Positions 1 to 9,407 of a stretch of 64,000 nt of DNA are shown here, one piece after another. The position numbers and the translations under genes are program-made. The DNA comes from Desulfotalea sp. GTDB taxonomy: Bacteria > Desulfobacterota > Desulfobulbia > Desulfobulbales > Desulfocapsaceae. The stretch is from positions 28,430 to 92,429 of the forward strand of contig JAOPTU010000012.1 of NCBI GenBank assembly GCA_051531995.1, read 5' to 3'. Position 1 is the first letter of the stretch. The number at the start of each line of letters is the position of its first letter. The notes under the pieces are model-generated. The model was not told where the DNA came from and ran no database searches. It worked only from the letters and a program-made list of their open reading frames with translations.

Positions 1-138
1 TTTCTGATTTGTTGCATGAGAAAGTTACAAATCAGTACGAAAAAAACTCACCTTGGTTAATCAAGCATTTTTTGAGAAAGAACTTTTCTTGCCACCTATC
101 TGTGATATGATTATCTCAGTAATTAAATAGGAATAAAA

Positions 139-408
139 ATGAGCAAATACACAGAGCAAGATTGCCCAGAATGTGGCCAAAGTTTAAGATTTCCAAACCA
201 TGTGGGTGGAGTGACCATGCAATGTCCAAACTGTGGTCAAAAATTCTATTCAGATTTTAAAATTGGTAAGGTAGGAAAACAGAAAATCAATATCAGCAAC
301 TACAGTTCAAATTCAAATGGACAAAACACTCCGAGAATCTTCATAGATCTTTTCGAAATGCCCTACAAAATATTTCAGAAAATCAGCAAGGCATTAAAAG
401 GTAAGTAA
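139..408 (+). CDS. small zinc-ribbon protein, function unknown
   Basis: 89-aa ORF with AGGA about 7 nt upstream of the ATG. Two CxxC pairs (CPECG, CPNCG). No family recognised. Confidence 0.5.
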   Translation: MSKYTEQDCPECGQSLRFPNHVGGVTMQCPNCGQKFYSDFKIGKVGKQKINISNYSSNSNGQNTPRIFIDLFEMPYKIFQKISKALKGK

Positions 409-528
409 AAGAATAAAACATTGAAATAGGCCGCAGTATAAAAATTACCAATAAACAGCCGCACCGACGACCCGAGAAATAATGATTGGGGCAAGATATC
501 TAATACACGTAACAAGCACTGACAAAAT

Positions 529-1563
529 CTACCAATCAATCCCAAGAATTATACTATTAATTCCACTGCCAATCCCAAGTGTGACTGCTCGTTGACTAGA
601 GGTAAATGCCTTCTGTTCAATAGCCATAGCAAGAGTTATAGGAGCAGATACAGTTCCAACATTGCCAAGAATTGGCAAGGTTTGAAAATTCTTTTTTTCA
701 TCTAAGCCAAGTTTATCAAACAACATTCTAAAATGGGCTACCCCAACTTGATGACAACAATAGCAATCAATATCACTATCACGCCAACCATCATCTTTAA
801 AAGTTTCCCATGCTGCCTCAGCAGTATCGACACCTCGAACTAACAATTCCTCTGAATCGGTTTCCATTAAGGTATTATTGCCGCCAGAATGGTCGCCTTG
901 GCACAGATGGATGTGATCGGTATCAGTCCGCCAAACACCACGTACAAGCCTTGGCTTATCTTCATTGTCCTGCACTGAACGCATGAAGCAAGCTACAGAA
1001 CCAGAACCAATAGTCAGTGAAGCAAAAGATGATTTGATTGTCTTACGTGTCAATTTTTCGTTACTATTTAGATTTGCAATAGTTGAAGACAAAAGTTCTT
1101 CGGCCGTCTCTCCAGAAACAACCAAACCATTTTTAACCTGACCTAGTTCGATCATATTGGCAAGCATCACCATACCATCTAAAAATCCCAAACAAGCATT
1201 GCTAACATCAAAGACAAGGCAAGATTTCTTTAAACCAAGATTATGATGTACAAACGATGATGTAGCAGGTTCAATCATATCCTTACAAACAGAAGTGAAT
1301 ATGAGACAGTCAACTTCAGAAGGATTAATTTCTCCTTTTTCAAGAGTTTCTTTCCCAGCCAAGGTAGCTGCTTGACTTGGCTTAGTACCAACATCCCATA
1401 ATCGACGCTCACGGATACCGCTCATTAATTCGAGCCTACCTTCTGGTAAACGCAATCGCTCATAAAGAGGAGCTAATTGAGCCTCAATTTCAGTGGATTG
1501 AACAACATTGGGTGGTAAAGCGTATGAAAAAGTGTCTAAACAAACCTTGGAATAATTAAACAT
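529..1563 (-). CDS. 3-oxoacyl-ACP synthase III (FabH/KAS III) family condensing enzyme
   Basis: 344 aa. KAS III catalytic triad motifs are visible: SNACLGF (Cys), CCHQVG (His), LGNVGTVS (Asn). 24-nt gap to the upstream kinase gene on the same strand. Confidence 0.8.
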   Translation of the reverse strand: MFNYSKVCLDTFSYALPPNVVQSTEIEAQLAPLYERLRLPEGRLELMSGIRERRLWDVGTKPSQAATLAGKETLEKGEINPSEVDCLIFTSVCKDMIEPATSSFVHHNLGLKKSCLVFDVSNACLGFLDGMVMLANMIELGQVKNGLVVSGETAEELLSSTIANLNSNEKLTRKTIKSSFASLTIGSGSVACFMRSVQDNEDKPRLVRGVWRTDTDHIHLCQGDHSGGNNTLMETDSEELLVRGVDTAEAAWETFKDDGWRDSDIDCYCCHQVGVAHFRMLFDKLGLDEKKNFQTLPILGNVGTVSAPITLAMAIEQKAFTSSQRAVTLGIGSGINSIILGIDW

Positions 1564-1587
1564 AAGTAATTAAGGATAAAATTAATT

Positions 1588-3216
1588 CTATGACCAAACT
1601 TTACTGATAATATCTTCAAAGTCAGTAAGGTCTACTTTAGGTAAGGTGAAATCAAAACAGTCATGGTCGAGATGATCGGTACCAACAGCTACTAGTAACG
1701 ATTTTTGTCCAACGAAATTATCTAACTCTCTGATGGTTTGCGCCACACTCTTACCGTTGAAACTTGGTAAATCAGAACCAAGAAAAAAAACATCAAATCG
1801 GTTAAGAGCAGCTTCGCATAAAGCTTGCTGAGCTGTTATGGCAGTGCTTACCTGCCAGCCCTTGCCTAATAAATATGTTACCACCTCATTTTCCTGCTCT
1901 ATATCATCAAGGGCAACAACTGCAGATTTACCGAGATGCTTACCAATCAAAGAAAGTAATTGTTTACGATCTATTGGTTTTGCCAAATAATCGTCCAATC
2001 TGGAATAGAAACAAGCTTCTCGATCAGCAACAGCTGTTAGGGCAATTATCTTAGAGTTATTTTTAGGCCAAGTTAGTTTTCTTATCTGTTCGCAAGCAGC
2101 AAACCCATCAAGAAGAGGCATTTGTATATCCATGAGAATAATATCAAAATAACCACCTTTAACAGCTTTAACCGCAGCTTCTCCATCGGCGACAGCGACA
2201 ACATCAGCACCTTGTTGCTCCAATACTTTGCTAATCAAAACTCGATTAACGGTATCATCTTCAGCAATAAGAATTCTCTTACCCGAAAGATCTGCAAAAA
2301 AATCAGGTTTCCTCACTAACACCTCTTCAACCTTTCGGGTAGAATCAAAAGGCAAAGAAAAACTAAACAAATTACCCATATTGCATGGCTCTACACGAAC
2401 AGATCCACCCATTAACCTAATCATTTGCATAGCGCATACCAGATCAAGGCTAAGGGTATCAATTGCCAATGGCTGAAAACTTCCCAAAACAAAAGGCAAG
2501 GAAAGAAAGTCGTTAATAGCTTCTGATAAATGGGCCGGCAAGGTAGTTCCTGTATCAGAAACAGTCACCCTAAGTAGAACCTGCCCAGGCTTGGCATTTA
2601 CTTCACAGTTTACATTAATGGCCACAGCCCCTTGATCACTGGTATGACGAACACGATTACCAACTAACCCAGCAATTATTTGCTTAAAACGACGACCATC
2701 ACCCCGCAAATTAATCGGAACATCAGGGCTTATGAAACAGCTAAATTCAATATCTCTACCGATGGCATCAAAACTAAGATCGTAAAGATCGCTATCTAAA
2801 CATTGCTTAAGATTAAAATCTTCAGAACCAAAATCTAAGCTGCAGGTTTCGAGTTTACTAAAATCAAAAATTTGCAAGAGTTTGTGGTGAAGACGCAAGG
2901 TTTCACTACTTGTCATGCCGATATATTCACTAACCTCATCATCTGTAATGATCTCAGATAAAACATCTAATCCGTTCAACACACCATTTAAAGACGTACG
3001 GATTTCATGCTCTGCCTGTTCCATAAACTTGCGACGCAGTTTACCTGCCTGTTTATTGGTAGCTAGTTGTTTACAACACTCTTTTTCTTGGCCTGCAATA
3101 AGGTTCTCAAAAGCTTTCTTTTTAAGAGCTATATTTTCTTTGCGAAGAGCTAAAACTTCATCTTCCAATTGAGATACGATTGCTTGGCTAATAGAACTAT
3201 CTGTTTCTTCTGGCAT
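1588..3216 (-). CDS. cytoplasmic hybrid histidine kinase / response regulator
   Basis: 542 aa with no TM segment. N-terminal coiled coil, H-box AEHEIRTSLNGV, N-box-like LVGNRVRHT, weak G-boxes (VSDTGTT). Then a receiver domain (ILIAEDD, ILMDIQMP, YLAKP) and a C-terminal receiver-like segment. Confidence 0.7.
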   Translation of the reverse strand: MPEETDSSISQAIVSQLEDEVLALRKENIALKKKAFENLIAGQEKECCKQLATNKQAGKLRRKFMEQAEHEIRTSLNGVLNGLDVLSEIITDDEVSEYIGMTSSETLRLHHKLLQIFDFSKLETCSLDFGSEDFNLKQCLDSDLYDLSFDAIGRDIEFSCFISPDVPINLRGDGRRFKQIIAGLVGNRVRHTSDQGAVAINVNCEVNAKPGQVLLRVTVSDTGTTLPAHLSEAINDFLSLPFVLGSFQPLAIDTLSLDLVCAMQMIRLMGGSVRVEPCNMGNLFSFSLPFDSTRKVEEVLVRKPDFFADLSGKRILIAEDDTVNRVLISKVLEQQGADVVAVADGEAAVKAVKGGYFDIILMDIQMPLLDGFAACEQIRKLTWPKNNSKIIALTAVADREACFYSRLDDYLAKPIDRKQLLSLIGKHLGKSAVVALDDIEQENEVVTYLLGKGWQVSTAITAQQALCEAALNRFDVFFLGSDLPSFNGKSVAQTIRELDNFVGQKSLLVAVGTDHLDHDCFDFTLPKVDLTDFEDIISKVWS

Positions 3217-3251
3217 CAGTTCCTCTTAAAATATAAACCGAGTTTTTCTGC

Positions 3252-5393
3252 TTATTTATGACGTAATTCCCAACAGAAATGAATCTTTTCGTTACGGGAA
3301 AAATCAAAAGGTATTGTACTCTTGCTAATATCTTTGATTTGAAAACGTTGAGCTAACTGCTCATCCAAAACAAATCTTCGAAAATTAGTGGAAAAATATA
3401 GCGTTCCTTCCTTAGTAAGCCTAGCCATTGCCTTGCTCAGCAAGACAGTATGGTCACGTTGTACATCAAAAACCCGGTTATCTTTTTGGGTATTAGAAAA
3501 AGTTGGTGGATCAACAAAAATGAGGTCATACAAATCTCTTTCTTTGCTAAGCCATTGTAAACAATCAGCCTTTACCATGCTATGATTGTTTTCAGCAAAA
3601 CCGTTTAAAGCGAAATTCATTGCCGTCCATTCAACATAAGTGCGAGAAAGATCAACAGTTGTTGTAGTCGCCGCACCACCAATAGCTGCATGAATAGAGG
3701 CTGTACCAGTGTAAGCAAAGAGGTTTAGAAAACGTTTTCCTTTAGCCTGATTTTCAATAATTTGTCTAATGGGACGATGATCTAAGAAAAGTCCGCTATC
3801 AATATAATCATGGAAATTAACGAGGAAGCGACAATTACCTTCCTGAACCTGATACATTTTTTTGCGGTTGTTTTGTTTCTGGTACTGACCCTTTCCTTTT
3901 TGCCTCATTCTTCGTTTTACAAAAACACGATCAGAACGAAGTCCTAGGGTTTCTTTTATGGCACGTAAAGCTTGATTAAAACGGGTTCTAGCCACCTCGG
4001 TATCAATAGTTTTAGGCGGCATGTACTCTTGCACATAGACCCATTTTTCGTAAATATCCACACTAAGATTATAATCAGGTAGATCACGGTCATAAACCCT
4101 AAAACAGGTAATCTCCGCTTTCTTTGCTGCTTTAAGATATTTCTTCAGGTTCTTTTTAAATCTATTACCAAATTGAACACACTCTTCAGGCATATCTCCC
4201 TGCTTGATTTCCCAAACAAAAGGCTTATTTTCCTTTGCCTCAAAAGTACCTGATAAGATTCTACAGCCAATAGAGCCGTTATATAGTCTAGTTTTATCCT
4301 GCCAAGAAACACCGAAACTTTCAGCCAAATCGGGATTAGATATAAAAGCAGAAAAATTCCAACCAGCAAATAAATTACTACCTATTCGACCAAAAGCTGA
4401 ATACAGTTGCCTAACTTTTTCCGTCTCAGAAAGTCGCTCACCGTAAGGTAAATTACAAATTATAGTACCATCTTTAGAGGGAGAACCTAAATTGGTTAAC
4501 TCGGAGCATTTTACCTGGACATGCTCATCAAATCCGGCTCGCTGAATATTTTTACGGGCAGCACTAACAACAACTGGATCGGCATCATACCCTGTTATAA
4601 TAGGCCAACTTTTCTCAAAACCAGCGTCCTCTCTTGAAACTGCTTCATCAACTAAAGATTTCCATAAAGTAGGCTCATGTTGCTTCCAATCAAGAAAACC
4701 ATAATAGTTTCTGCCAAGTCCTGGAGCTACATCACCATAAAGCATGGCCGCTTCTATGAGTAAGGTACCAGTTCCGCACATAGGGTCGATGAGCGTGGAA
4801 AAAGGATTATCTCCTTTACTCCACGAGCTAAGTCCAACAATACCAGCTGCTAAAGTCTCTTTCAAAGGAGCCATGCCACCAGAAACCCTGTAGCCTCGTT
4901 TATGTAAACTTTCACCTGAAAGATCGACAAATAATGTTGCTTCGCTACCACCAATATGTATATGAAACCTTACCATTGGCTGAGTAGTTTTAACCGATGG
5001 TCTATCTCCAGTTGCAGCCTTAAAAAAGTCAACAACGGCATCTTTGACCCTGAGAGCAGCAAACTGACTATGGTTCACAACGGCATCTTTTCCTAGACTA
5101 CAATCAATAGCAAAAGTCGTACTGAGATCCATATGTTCATGCCAGGCAAAATCCAGCACTCCGGAATACAAGTCATCCTCATTGGCAATGGTATAAGTCT
5201 TTAACTTCAGGAGAATACGAGAAGAATAGCGGGACCATAAACAAGCCCTATATGCAGTCTCAATGGATCCTTTCCATTGGATAATGCCTGTATCACTAAC
5301 AATCTCGCTTCCAGAAAATGAAGCTATTTCTTCTGCAATTAATTCTTCTAACCCTAAGGCACAATTAGCTAAAAATTGATATTCTTCTCTCAT
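3252..5393 (-). CDS. rlmL: bifunctional 23S rRNA methyltransferase RlmKL
   Basis: 713 aa. N-terminal half carries NLPYGERL and the C-terminal SAM-MTase half carries FVDPPTFS. The N-terminus is colinear with E. coli RlmL/YcbY as I recall it. Confidence 0.85.
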   Translation of the reverse strand: MREEYQFLANCALGLEELIAEEIASFSGSEIVSDTGIIQWKGSIETAYRACLWSRYSSRILLKLKTYTIANEDDLYSGVLDFAWHEHMDLSTTFAIDCSLGKDAVVNHSQFAALRVKDAVVDFFKAATGDRPSVKTTQPMVRFHIHIGGSEATLFVDLSGESLHKRGYRVSGGMAPLKETLAAGIVGLSSWSKGDNPFSTLIDPMCGTGTLLIEAAMLYGDVAPGLGRNYYGFLDWKQHEPTLWKSLVDEAVSREDAGFEKSWPIITGYDADPVVVSAARKNIQRAGFDEHVQVKCSELTNLGSPSKDGTIICNLPYGERLSETEKVRQLYSAFGRIGSNLFAGWNFSAFISNPDLAESFGVSWQDKTRLYNGSIGCRILSGTFEAKENKPFVWEIKQGDMPEECVQFGNRFKKNLKKYLKAAKKAEITCFRVYDRDLPDYNLSVDIYEKWVYVQEYMPPKTIDTEVARTRFNQALRAIKETLGLRSDRVFVKRRMRQKGKGQYQKQNNRKKMYQVQEGNCRFLVNFHDYIDSGLFLDHRPIRQIIENQAKGKRFLNLFAYTGTASIHAAIGGAATTTTVDLSRTYVEWTAMNFALNGFAENNHSMVKADCLQWLSKERDLYDLIFVDPPTFSNTQKDNRVFDVQRDHTVLLSKAMARLTKEGTLYFSTNFRRFVLDEQLAQRFQIKDISKSTIPFDFSRNEKIHFCWELRHK

Positions 5394-5394
5394 A

Positions 5395-5811
5395 TTAATC
5401 CTTGGTATTTCTTTTTTTTATCATATTTTCTATATCAGTTAGCTCGATATTTAGAGCTTCAACCGAGAGATTAATTTCAACCAGTGAAATGGCCAGGGAG
5501 GCAAGAAAACATATTAAACTTCCTCCAAACAAATAACGCCCTGCATCCACGTAGTTTGTGAATAAAGCACATATACAAGATACACACAAAAAAAGGCCAA
5601 ACACTCCAAATCCTTGCATATATTTAATCAGGACAACCCGTCTTCTTAAACTTATGATCTGTTGAAGAACAAGGTCACTGGGGCTGCTCAAGTATTTATC
5701 ATGTAAAATACGGATTCGTGAGCCTAGAGCTAAGAATCTATTCGTGTAAGCAATTAACAAAAATGTCGCAGCAGGAAATAAAAATGCTGGTGTCGTAAGT
5801 GAAATTTCCAT
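5395..5811 (-). CDS. DUF2721-type membrane protein
   Basis: 138 aa with several hydrophobic helices. YTNRFLALGSRIRIL motif. 1-nt gap to rlmL. Confidence 0.55.
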   Translation of the reverse strand: MEISLTTPAFLFPAATFLLIAYTNRFLALGSRIRILHDKYLSSPSDLVLQQIISLRRRVVLIKYMQGFGVFGLFLCVSCICALFTNYVDAGRYLFGGSLICFLASLAISLVEINLSVEALNIELTDIENMIKKRNTKD

Positions 5812-5965
5812 AATATTTATTAAGTATGTTTAAAAGTAATCTATCTGTTATACTTGTACTGTTTTTATACCTTAATTAATCGAATAACTTTTTAGAAGTT
5901 CGTTTTTAGGGTAATTTAAATATGTGAGTAATATTTAAAATTATATATCCCAAGGAGATAATCCC

Positions 5966-6589
5966 ATGAATAAAACTTCATACACAAATATTTTTATTAC
6001 TACCCTGCTAGGTTCTGCCTTAATTCTTGCCAGTGGTTGTAGCCAAAAACGTGTTATTGCCCCTCCTACACCAAAATCATCAACACAAGGTGAATACGTA
6101 ATACCAGAAATACCTCCTGCCGAAGCTAACAACAAAGGATATACAGAGGATGGCATAAGCGAAGGTTCACTAGATGACACCTACGAAAGTAAATCCATGG
6201 ATGGCAAATCAGACGCCCAACAAACAAGAGAATACCTCATTATGCATGGCAGGTCTTCAAAAGAAATGCAACCAGTCTATTTTAGTTTTGATCAAACACA
6301 AATCAGCCCAGCGATGCAGGAAGTTATATTTAAAAATTCTAGGGTTCTGAAAACTAACCCAAGTATTTCTGTGGTCATTGAAGGAAACACCGATGAGCAA
6401 GGAACCAACGAATACAACATGGCTCTAGGTGAACGCCGTGCCCTTAATGTCGGCAAATACTTAATTAGCTTAGGCATTGAGAAGAGCAAAATACGTACAG
6501 TCTCGCTTGGTGAAGAACGACCTCTTTTTACAAATGACACCGAGGAAGACCTTAGGCATAATCGTAGAGCAGACTTTATCATCGAGTAA
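5966..6589 (+). CDS. pal: peptidoglycan-associated lipoprotein (OmpA-domain)
   Basis: Signal peptide with lipobox LASGC. C-terminal OmpA-like domain VYFSFDQ...EGNTDEQGTNEYNMALGERRA...NRRADF closely parallels Pal. No tolB is adjacent. Confidence 0.8.
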   Translation: MNKTSYTNIFITTLLGSALILASGCSQKRVIAPPTPKSSTQGEYVIPEIPPAEANNKGYTEDGISEGSLDDTYESKSMDGKSDAQQTREYLIMHGRSSKEMQPVYFSFDQTQISPAMQEVIFKNSRVLKTNPSISVVIEGNTDEQGTNEYNMALGERRALNVGKYLISLGIEKSKIRTVSLGEERPLFTNDTEEDLRHNRRADFIIE

Positions 6590-6673
6590 AGGGAAGCTTG
6601 AATATAACAGGAGTGTTACAGCTTAGCACTCCTAAATCCCCCTAATTTTACTCATCCAGCAGTTCCATTATAT

Positions 6674-7126
6674 ATGGAATCCTTCTTCTTATCTCTGCCA
6701 GCAAGCTACGACCTTATTAACCTTTTTGTTTTAAGTTTTTTAGCCGCAAGCCTGTTACCTATAGGGTCAGACTGGTATCTAGTTTACCTAATTACTCAAG
6801 AAATTAGTAGTCCCACTGTGCTCGTCTTAATTGCCAGCGTAGGAAATTATTTAGGTGCTGCAACAAACTATTATATTGGTTACACAGGATCGGATTACCT
6901 AAAAAAGAAAAAACTTTCGGGGAAGAGCTTTAAAAAAGCAGAGAATATTTGGGCCAAATACGGTTCTTATTCGCTTCTTTTCTCCTGGCTACCCATAGTA
7001 GGCGACCCACTTTGCCTAGTCGCAGGTCTTTTAAAAACGTCTTTTACCAAATTTTCTATACTTGTTTTTGTGGGGAAATTAACTCGGTACATTATCGTGG
7101 CAATTGTGACCCTACAAATGATCTAA
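6674..7126 (+). CDS. YqaA/DedA-type inner-membrane protein
   Basis: 150 aa, 4 hydrophobic segments, WLPIVGDPLCLVAGLLK motif typical of the YqaA (COG1238) family. Confidence 0.6.
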   Translation: MESFFLSLPASYDLINLFVLSFLAASLLPIGSDWYLVYLITQEISSPTVLVLIASVGNYLGAATNYYIGYTGSDYLKKKKLSGKSFKKAENIWAKYGSYSLLFSWLPIVGDPLCLVAGLLKTSFTKFSILVFVGKLTRYIIVAIVTLQMI

Positions 7127-7511
7127 AATATAATTAATTCGCTAGAGCTCAGAAAGCCTCAAAAATGACAATATCTTCGTCGAAACACTATGTATATATC
7201 CACACTGCTCGATTGCATTAGCTTTATACATATCCATTGAGCTATAAAAAACAGTTCAATATCAAATTATTCAACATCTGCACAAGCAAAAGTCTGGCAT
7301 GCGTACGATAACTGGATTAAGCATGGAAGATGATTTGTAATTTATTATTAACATTGGTTGAGGTACTTTTTAAGGGAAGATCTTCAACAACAGGATGAAA
7401 GTTATAAGCTGAGGCATCTACATTTCATTAAATCGTTATTTTGCTGCTCAGTGGTATCTTGATAAAATTTAGAATAACTAACCATCCCACCACTTTCTGA
7501 GAAAACTCTAA

Positions 7512-8864
7512 CTATTTAAAATCAGAAGCATCTATCTCATATTTTTTTAATTTATAATGAATAGACCTCCTGCTAATATCGAGAAGTTCTGCTGCACTCG
7601 TTAACACACCTTTAGTTTTCCTAAGTGCCCGAACAATTGTTTCCTTTTCGCTATGATCTAGAGAAAATTCATTAGAAGAATTATCTAAAGACGCTTTCTG
7701 TTGCAATTGTTCTAATTGAAGATCAGCTCGATTCAATTGCCCATCTTTACACAAAACAACCCCCGCCTCTAAAGAATTTTTCAATTCTCGAACATTACCT
7801 GGCCAATCGTATTTTTTCATCCATTCCAAGGTGTCACTTGGAATAACAATCGGTTCAATGCCATATCCTTTGCAATGATGCTGAACGAACAACTCTGTAA
7901 GTGCCGGTATATCTTCTTTTCTATCTCTTAAGGAAGGGAGGTTCAAGGTTACAACTCTGAGGCGATAATACAAATCTTGCCGGAACTTCCCAGACTCTAT
8001 ATCGGCTGCTAGATCAGTATTGGTTGCAGCAATCACTCTACAATCAATCTGTTTTTCCTCAACGGAACCAACCTTTCTAATTTTTTTATCTTCCAGAAAA
8101 CGTAGTAGACGATGCTGCATCTCAGCTGAAATATTGCCAATTTCATCTAGAAACAAGGTCCCCCCATCAGCCGCTTCAATAAGTCCTTTTTTATCTTTTA
8201 TTGCATTAGTAAATGCCCCTTTTGTGTGTCCAAACAGCTCACTTTCTAAAATTCCAGGAGGTGTCGATCCACAATCTATGACTATTAAAGGTCCATTTTT
8301 GCGATTGCTGTTCTGATGAATAGTCATCGCCACACATTCTTTTCCAACACCACTTTCGCCAAGAACCAGTGTATTTACATTACTTGAGGCAATGCGAGAT
8401 ATCATATCTTGCAACGTTTTCATCGCAGGGGATTCACCCCAGTAAAAACCATTATTGTCAAAAGAAGTTGTTTGCTTATGGACCTTTTGCACATCACTTG
8501 CAAAATAATCTTTAACCTTTTGAACAAGTAATTTGCCATCAAAAGGCTTACTTAAATAATCAATGGCCCCTGTTTGAACAGCGTAAACCGCTTCTGGAAT
8601 ACTGCCGTAAGCCGTGAGAAAAATAATAGGTGTTCCTGGTTTAACGGATTGAATCTTTGAGTAGAGCTCTATCCCGCTCATGTTCGGCATTTTCACATCT
8701 GAAACTATGAGATCAATGGGTCGCTCATTGAAAATTTCCAGAGCACTTGCACCATCACTTGCTTTAAAAATTGTAAACCCCGCAGCACAGAATCTTGCAT
8801 CAAGAACTTCCAAAATGCTCGGATCATCATCGACTATGAGGAGAGAATAATCTCGTTTATTCAT
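7512..8864 (-). CDS. sigma-54-dependent response regulator (NtrC family enhancer-binding protein)
   Basis: 450 aa. Receiver domain (LIVDDD, VSDVKMP), AAA+ domain with Walker A GESGVGKE and a GAFTNA variant of the GAFTGA loop, C-terminal Fis-type HTH. Confidence 0.9.
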   Translation of the reverse strand: MNKRDYSLLIVDDDPSILEVLDARFCAAGFTIFKASDGASALEIFNERPIDLIVSDVKMPNMSGIELYSKIQSVKPGTPIIFLTAYGSIPEAVYAVQTGAIDYLSKPFDGKLLVQKVKDYFASDVQKVHKQTTSFDNNGFYWGESPAMKTLQDMISRIASSNVNTLVLGESGVGKECVAMTIHQNSNRKNGPLIVIDCGSTPPGILESELFGHTKGAFTNAIKDKKGLIEAADGGTLFLDEIGNISAEMQHRLLRFLEDKKIRKVGSVEEKQIDCRVIAATNTDLAADIESGKFRQDLYYRLRVVTLNLPSLRDRKEDIPALTELFVQHHCKGYGIEPIVIPSDTLEWMKKYDWPGNVRELKNSLEAGVVLCKDGQLNRADLQLEQLQQKASLDNSSNEFSLDHSEKETIVRALRKTKGVLTSAAELLDISRRSIHYKLKKYEIDASDFK

Positions 8865-9358
8865 AATGGCTTTTTAATTTCCTGTAATTGCAGATCAATA
8901 GCTTCAAGTTCTGAAATTTGATGTTGTAATGTCTCGATTTGAGCCTCTTTTTCCTGAGTGATTGCTTGTTCACGTTTTATAAACTTAGATTGTTTTTTCA
9001 GTGCTGCAATTGCTAAATCAGGATTTTCCATATACATGAGACGCTGATTAACCGCTTTCCACTCATTAAAAAGTTGGACAGCTTTAATCAGCGCAGAACT
9101 TGTTCTAGCGATCATTATACGTGTGCAGGCAAGATTATAGAGTGCGGTATTTTTGATCTGCTGTTTGATCTCACTCTTGGAAATTTCAATAAATATTTTT
9201 TCTGCTTTTTTATAATTACCTAACTCAAATTGATCTTCCCCATCTCTTAATTGTTGAACTTCAGAATCATAGAATACAACAACAGGATAGACACTACACC
9301 CTGGTAAGCTGGTGAATAACAAAATGGTTAATATGATATATTTATAGTTACATTTCAT
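8861..9358 (-). CDS. lipoprotein of unknown function within the two-component operon
   Basis: Start placed at ATG 9358 (MKCNYKY); the track ORF starts earlier. Lipobox LPGCS. C-terminal coiled coil. 4-nt overlap with the regulator gene. Confidence 0.5.
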   Translation of the reverse strand: MKCNYKYIILTILLFTSLPGCSVYPVVVFYDSEVQQLRDGEDQFELGNYKKAEKIFIEISKSEIKQQIKNTALYNLACTRIMIARTSSALIKAVQLFNEWKAVNQRLMYMENPDLAIAALKKQSKFIKREQAITQEKEAQIETLQHQISELEAIDLQLQEIKKPL

Positions 9359-9407
9359 AGAAATACTCTTTTCTAGGTTAAGGTAAAAATTTGTAAACCC
9401 CACACCA

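Noticed and set aside
5941-6180. 79-aa minus-strand ORF overlapping the pal 5' end
   Set aside because: It is antisense to a gene with a clear lipobox and OmpA domain. No signals support it.
7127-7511. 385-bp convergent intergenic region with a lone ATATCCACA DnaA-box-like 9-mer and short ORFs
   Set aside because: There is only a single box. I could not define any hairpin, promoter or coding signal, so it is not reportable as a feature.
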